Shown in pieces: positions 62,060 to 64,000 of a stretch of DNA of 64,000 nt; position 1 is the stretch's first letter; every line of letters starts with the position of its first letter. The position numbers and the translations under genes were made by a program. The DNA is from an uncultured delta proteobacterium (GTDB lineage Bacteria; Myxococcota_A; Polyangia; Polyangiales; Polyangiaceae), in contig CAWAIF010000003.1 in NCBI GenBank assembly GCA_963782055.1, positions 4,544,001 through 4,608,000 of the forward strand, read 5' to 3'. The notes beneath the pieces were generated by a model that had not been told where the DNA came from, did no database searches, and saw nothing but the letters and a program-made list of their open reading frames with translations.

Positions 62060-63370
62060 ATGCGCAGCACCCTCGCCGTCGCCCTCCTCGCGTCCGCTGG
62101 TGTCCTCGCCTGCGGCTCCTCTCCCGATCAGCCCGCCGCTCCCGGCGACGCCGGCTCTGACGCGAGCGCCGACGCGGGGCCCGACGCGCCATCCCCGCCG
62201 GCGGACGCCGGCGCCGACGCGACGCCCCCGGGGGACGCCGGCGCGTACCCCGCGTTCGCGCCGGACATGCCCAGGATCGTCGACCAGGGAGGAGCGATCC
62301 TCTCCAAGCCGGAGATCGTCACCGTCACCTGGGACGCCGACCCCAACGCCGCCACGTACGAGGCGTTCGGCGACGCGATGGGCGGCTCGTCGTACTGGAG
62401 CGCGGCGGTCACCGAGTACGGCGTCGGCGCCGCGACGAGCGGTTCGTCGCGCCACGTGCGCATCACCAGCGCGCCGCCGGGCACCATGACCGCCACGGCG
62501 CTCGACACCCTCATCGCGACGCAGGTGGACGGCGCGCCGGGCAGCGGGTGGCCCGCGGCCACGGCCCAGTCGATGTACGTCGTCTACGTCCCGGAAGCCA
62601 CGGCCCTCACCGACGGCGGACAGGACGCCTGCAACCTGGAGTCCGGCTACCACGACGAGACCTCCAAGGGAGGCAACGCCCACATCGTCTACGCGGTGGT
62701 GGTGGAGGGCTGCCGCGACAAGCAAGACGTCGTGCAGTTCTCGACCGAGGTCGCCTCGCACGAGATCTCCGAGACGGCGACCGACCCGCACGTCCAGAGC
62801 GATCTGGCCTGGACCAGCTTCGACGCCGATCACTACGCGTGGGAGCTCTGGCAGGGCCGGCAGGACGAGACGGCCGACGCCTGCGAGTACTACGACGACG
62901 CCTACTACCAGGAGCCCGCCCTCTCGGCGTGGGTGCAGCGCGTGTGGTCCAACGCGAGCGGGCCGCTCGGCCACAACCCGTGCGTTCCCCTCCCCACCGA
63001 GGCGTACTTCAACGCCACCCCGCTCGGCCTGGAGGACATCAGCGTCACCACCGGCAAGTCGAAGACGCCGCACGCGACCAAGGGCCTTCACGTGCCCGTC
63101 GGGCAGACCAAGACGATCTCCTTCGGCCTCTACAGCGACGCGCCGCACGCCGCGTGGAAGGTGGAGGCCGTCGAGGGTGACGGCTTCGCCTCGCTGAACA
63201 ACCCCCGCCTCACCCTCTCGACCTCCAAGGGCTCCGGCGCCAACGGGGACAAGGTCGACGTGTCGGTGACGGTGAACTCCGTCGGCAGCGCGACCGGCAT
63301 CCTGATGACCGTCGTCTCCACCTCGAACGGCCTGTCGCACTACATGCCCCTGCTCGTCGGCGCCTACTGA
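62060..63370 (+). CDS. Secreted lipoprotein with HExxE motif (SHEISETATDP); paralog of 33844..35160
   Basis: Lipobox VLAC, DAG linker, SGYH, SHEISETATDP, DETADAC, VQRVWSN. Confidence 0.85.
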   Translation: MRSTLAVALLASAGVLACGSSPDQPAAPGDAGSDASADAGPDAPSPPADAGADATPPGDAGAYPAFAPDMPRIVDQGGAILSKPEIVTVTWDADPNAATYEAFGDAMGGSSYWSAAVTEYGVGAATSGSSRHVRITSAPPGTMTATALDTLIATQVDGAPGSGWPAATAQSMYVVYVPEATALTDGGQDACNLESGYHDETSKGGNAHIVYAVVVEGCRDKQDVVQFSTEVASHEISETATDPHVQSDLAWTSFDADHYAWELWQGRQDETADACEYYDDAYYQEPALSAWVQRVWSNASGPLGHNPCVPLPTEAYFNATPLGLEDISVTTGKSKTPHATKGLHVPVGQTKTISFGLYSDAPHAAWKVEAVEGDGFASLNNPRLTLSTSKGSGANGDKVDVSVTVNSVGSATGILMTVVSTSNGLSHYMPLLVGAY

Positions 63371-63491
63371 GGTCCGGCTGGCGCCCCAAAGGGCGCGCCC
63401 GGACGCGCGCCAGTGCCTGTACGCCAGAGCCGCACGCGCCCGGGCGATCCAGCGCTTTGCGCGCGACGCGCGGACGAGTATGTAAGGAGGC

Positions 63492-64000
63492 GTGCCCTGG
63501 CCCCAGCGAAAGCCGTCCAGCTCGGACGCCAGCGAGAAGAAGAGCGTCGGCAAGGGCGTGTTCAAGAAGTGCGACGGCTGCGGCGCCACGCTCACGGCCG
63601 AGGCGTTCGCCGCTCGATTCGAGGTGTGCCCCGAGTGCGGCCAGCACCACAAGCTCGCGGCCGACGGCTGGCGCGAGCTCCTGCTCGATGACGGTGTCCT
63701 GGAGGCGTGGGACGAGCACTTGACCCCCGCCGACCCGCTCGCCTTCACCGACGGCAAGCCCTACACCGACCGCGTCGCCTCCGCGCAGCGCTCCTCCGGC
63801 GCGAAGGAGGCCATCGAGATCGGCCTGGCGCACATCGAGGAGCAGCCCGTCGCTTACGGCGCCTTCCTCTTCGCCTTCATGGGCGGGTCGATGGGCTCGG
63901 TCGTCGGCGAGAAGATCGCCCGCCTCTTCGAGCGCGCGACGGCGCAGCGCCTGCCGGTGGTGCTCCTGCAAGCGTCGGGCGGGGCGCGGATGCAGGAGGG
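63492..64000 (+). CDS. accD: Acetyl-CoA carboxylase carboxyltransferase beta subunit (3' truncated by window edge)
   Basis: AAGGAGG SD + GTG; manual translation gives KKCDGC...VCPECGQH zinc finger, DPLAFTD, FMGGSMGSVVGEKI and ASGGARMQE. Absent from the ORF track. Confidence 0.93.
   Translation, partial: MPWPQRKPSSSDASEKKSVGKGVFKKCDGCGATLTAEAFAARFEVCPECGQHHKLAADGWRELLLDDGVLEAWDEHLTPADPLAFTDGKPYTDRVASAQRSSGAKEAIEIGLAHIEEQPVAYGAFLFAFMGGSMGSVVGEKIARLFERATAQRLPVVLLQASGGARMQE

Noticed and set aside
1..64000. Many long antisense and alternate-frame ORFs (e.g. 1988..4111+, 11202..13862+, 45650..48331+, 52654..55611-)
   Set aside because: Arg/Ala/Pro/Gly-rich shadows of real genes, expected from stop-codon scarcity in high-GC DNA; no recognisable motifs.
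1..64000. tRNA, rRNA, riboswitch, integrase or transposase
   Set aside because: None recognised by eye in the short intergenic regions or ORFs; an Infernal/Rfam and tRNAscan run would be needed to exclude small RNAs.

Overview
A very GC-rich bacterial chromosomal window. Gene content (Ser/Thr kinase-TPR cassettes, DUF4388-like proteins, an AglZ-like pseudo-receiver/coiled-coil protein, many lipoproteins with acidic 'DAG' linkers) points to a myxobacterium, probably Polyangiales-like; this is an inference. About 50 CDSs mix housekeeping genes (purE/purK, msrB, hslO, peroxiredoxin, aconitase, CoA-transferase A/B, accD, slyX, a UDG, an Mre11/Rad50-like yhaO/yhaN pair) with secreted hydrolases and lipoproteins. 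No rRNA, tRNA, CRISPR array or transposase was recognised. Main observations: (1) an 83-aa lipoprotein-like peptide ending in a Cys-rich core (CLNKPGDCTHGLCSW), translationally coupled to a ferritin-like diiron enzyme, a candidate RiPP/peptide-modification system; (2) a CrtC/AttH-like + PDS/HpnE-like + geranylgeranyl-reductase-like operon with no prenyl synthase nearby; (3) a TANNNT hexamer 5-10 nt before about 19 start codons, suggesting pervasive leaderless transcription; (4) a heptamer-repeat array + hairpin + sigma54-type promoter + MarR cassette; (5) a +1 frameshift in a Ser/Thr kinase; (6) two paralogous HExxE lipoproteins resembling PHI-1/EXORDIUM. Family names come from motif recognition only; no searches were run.
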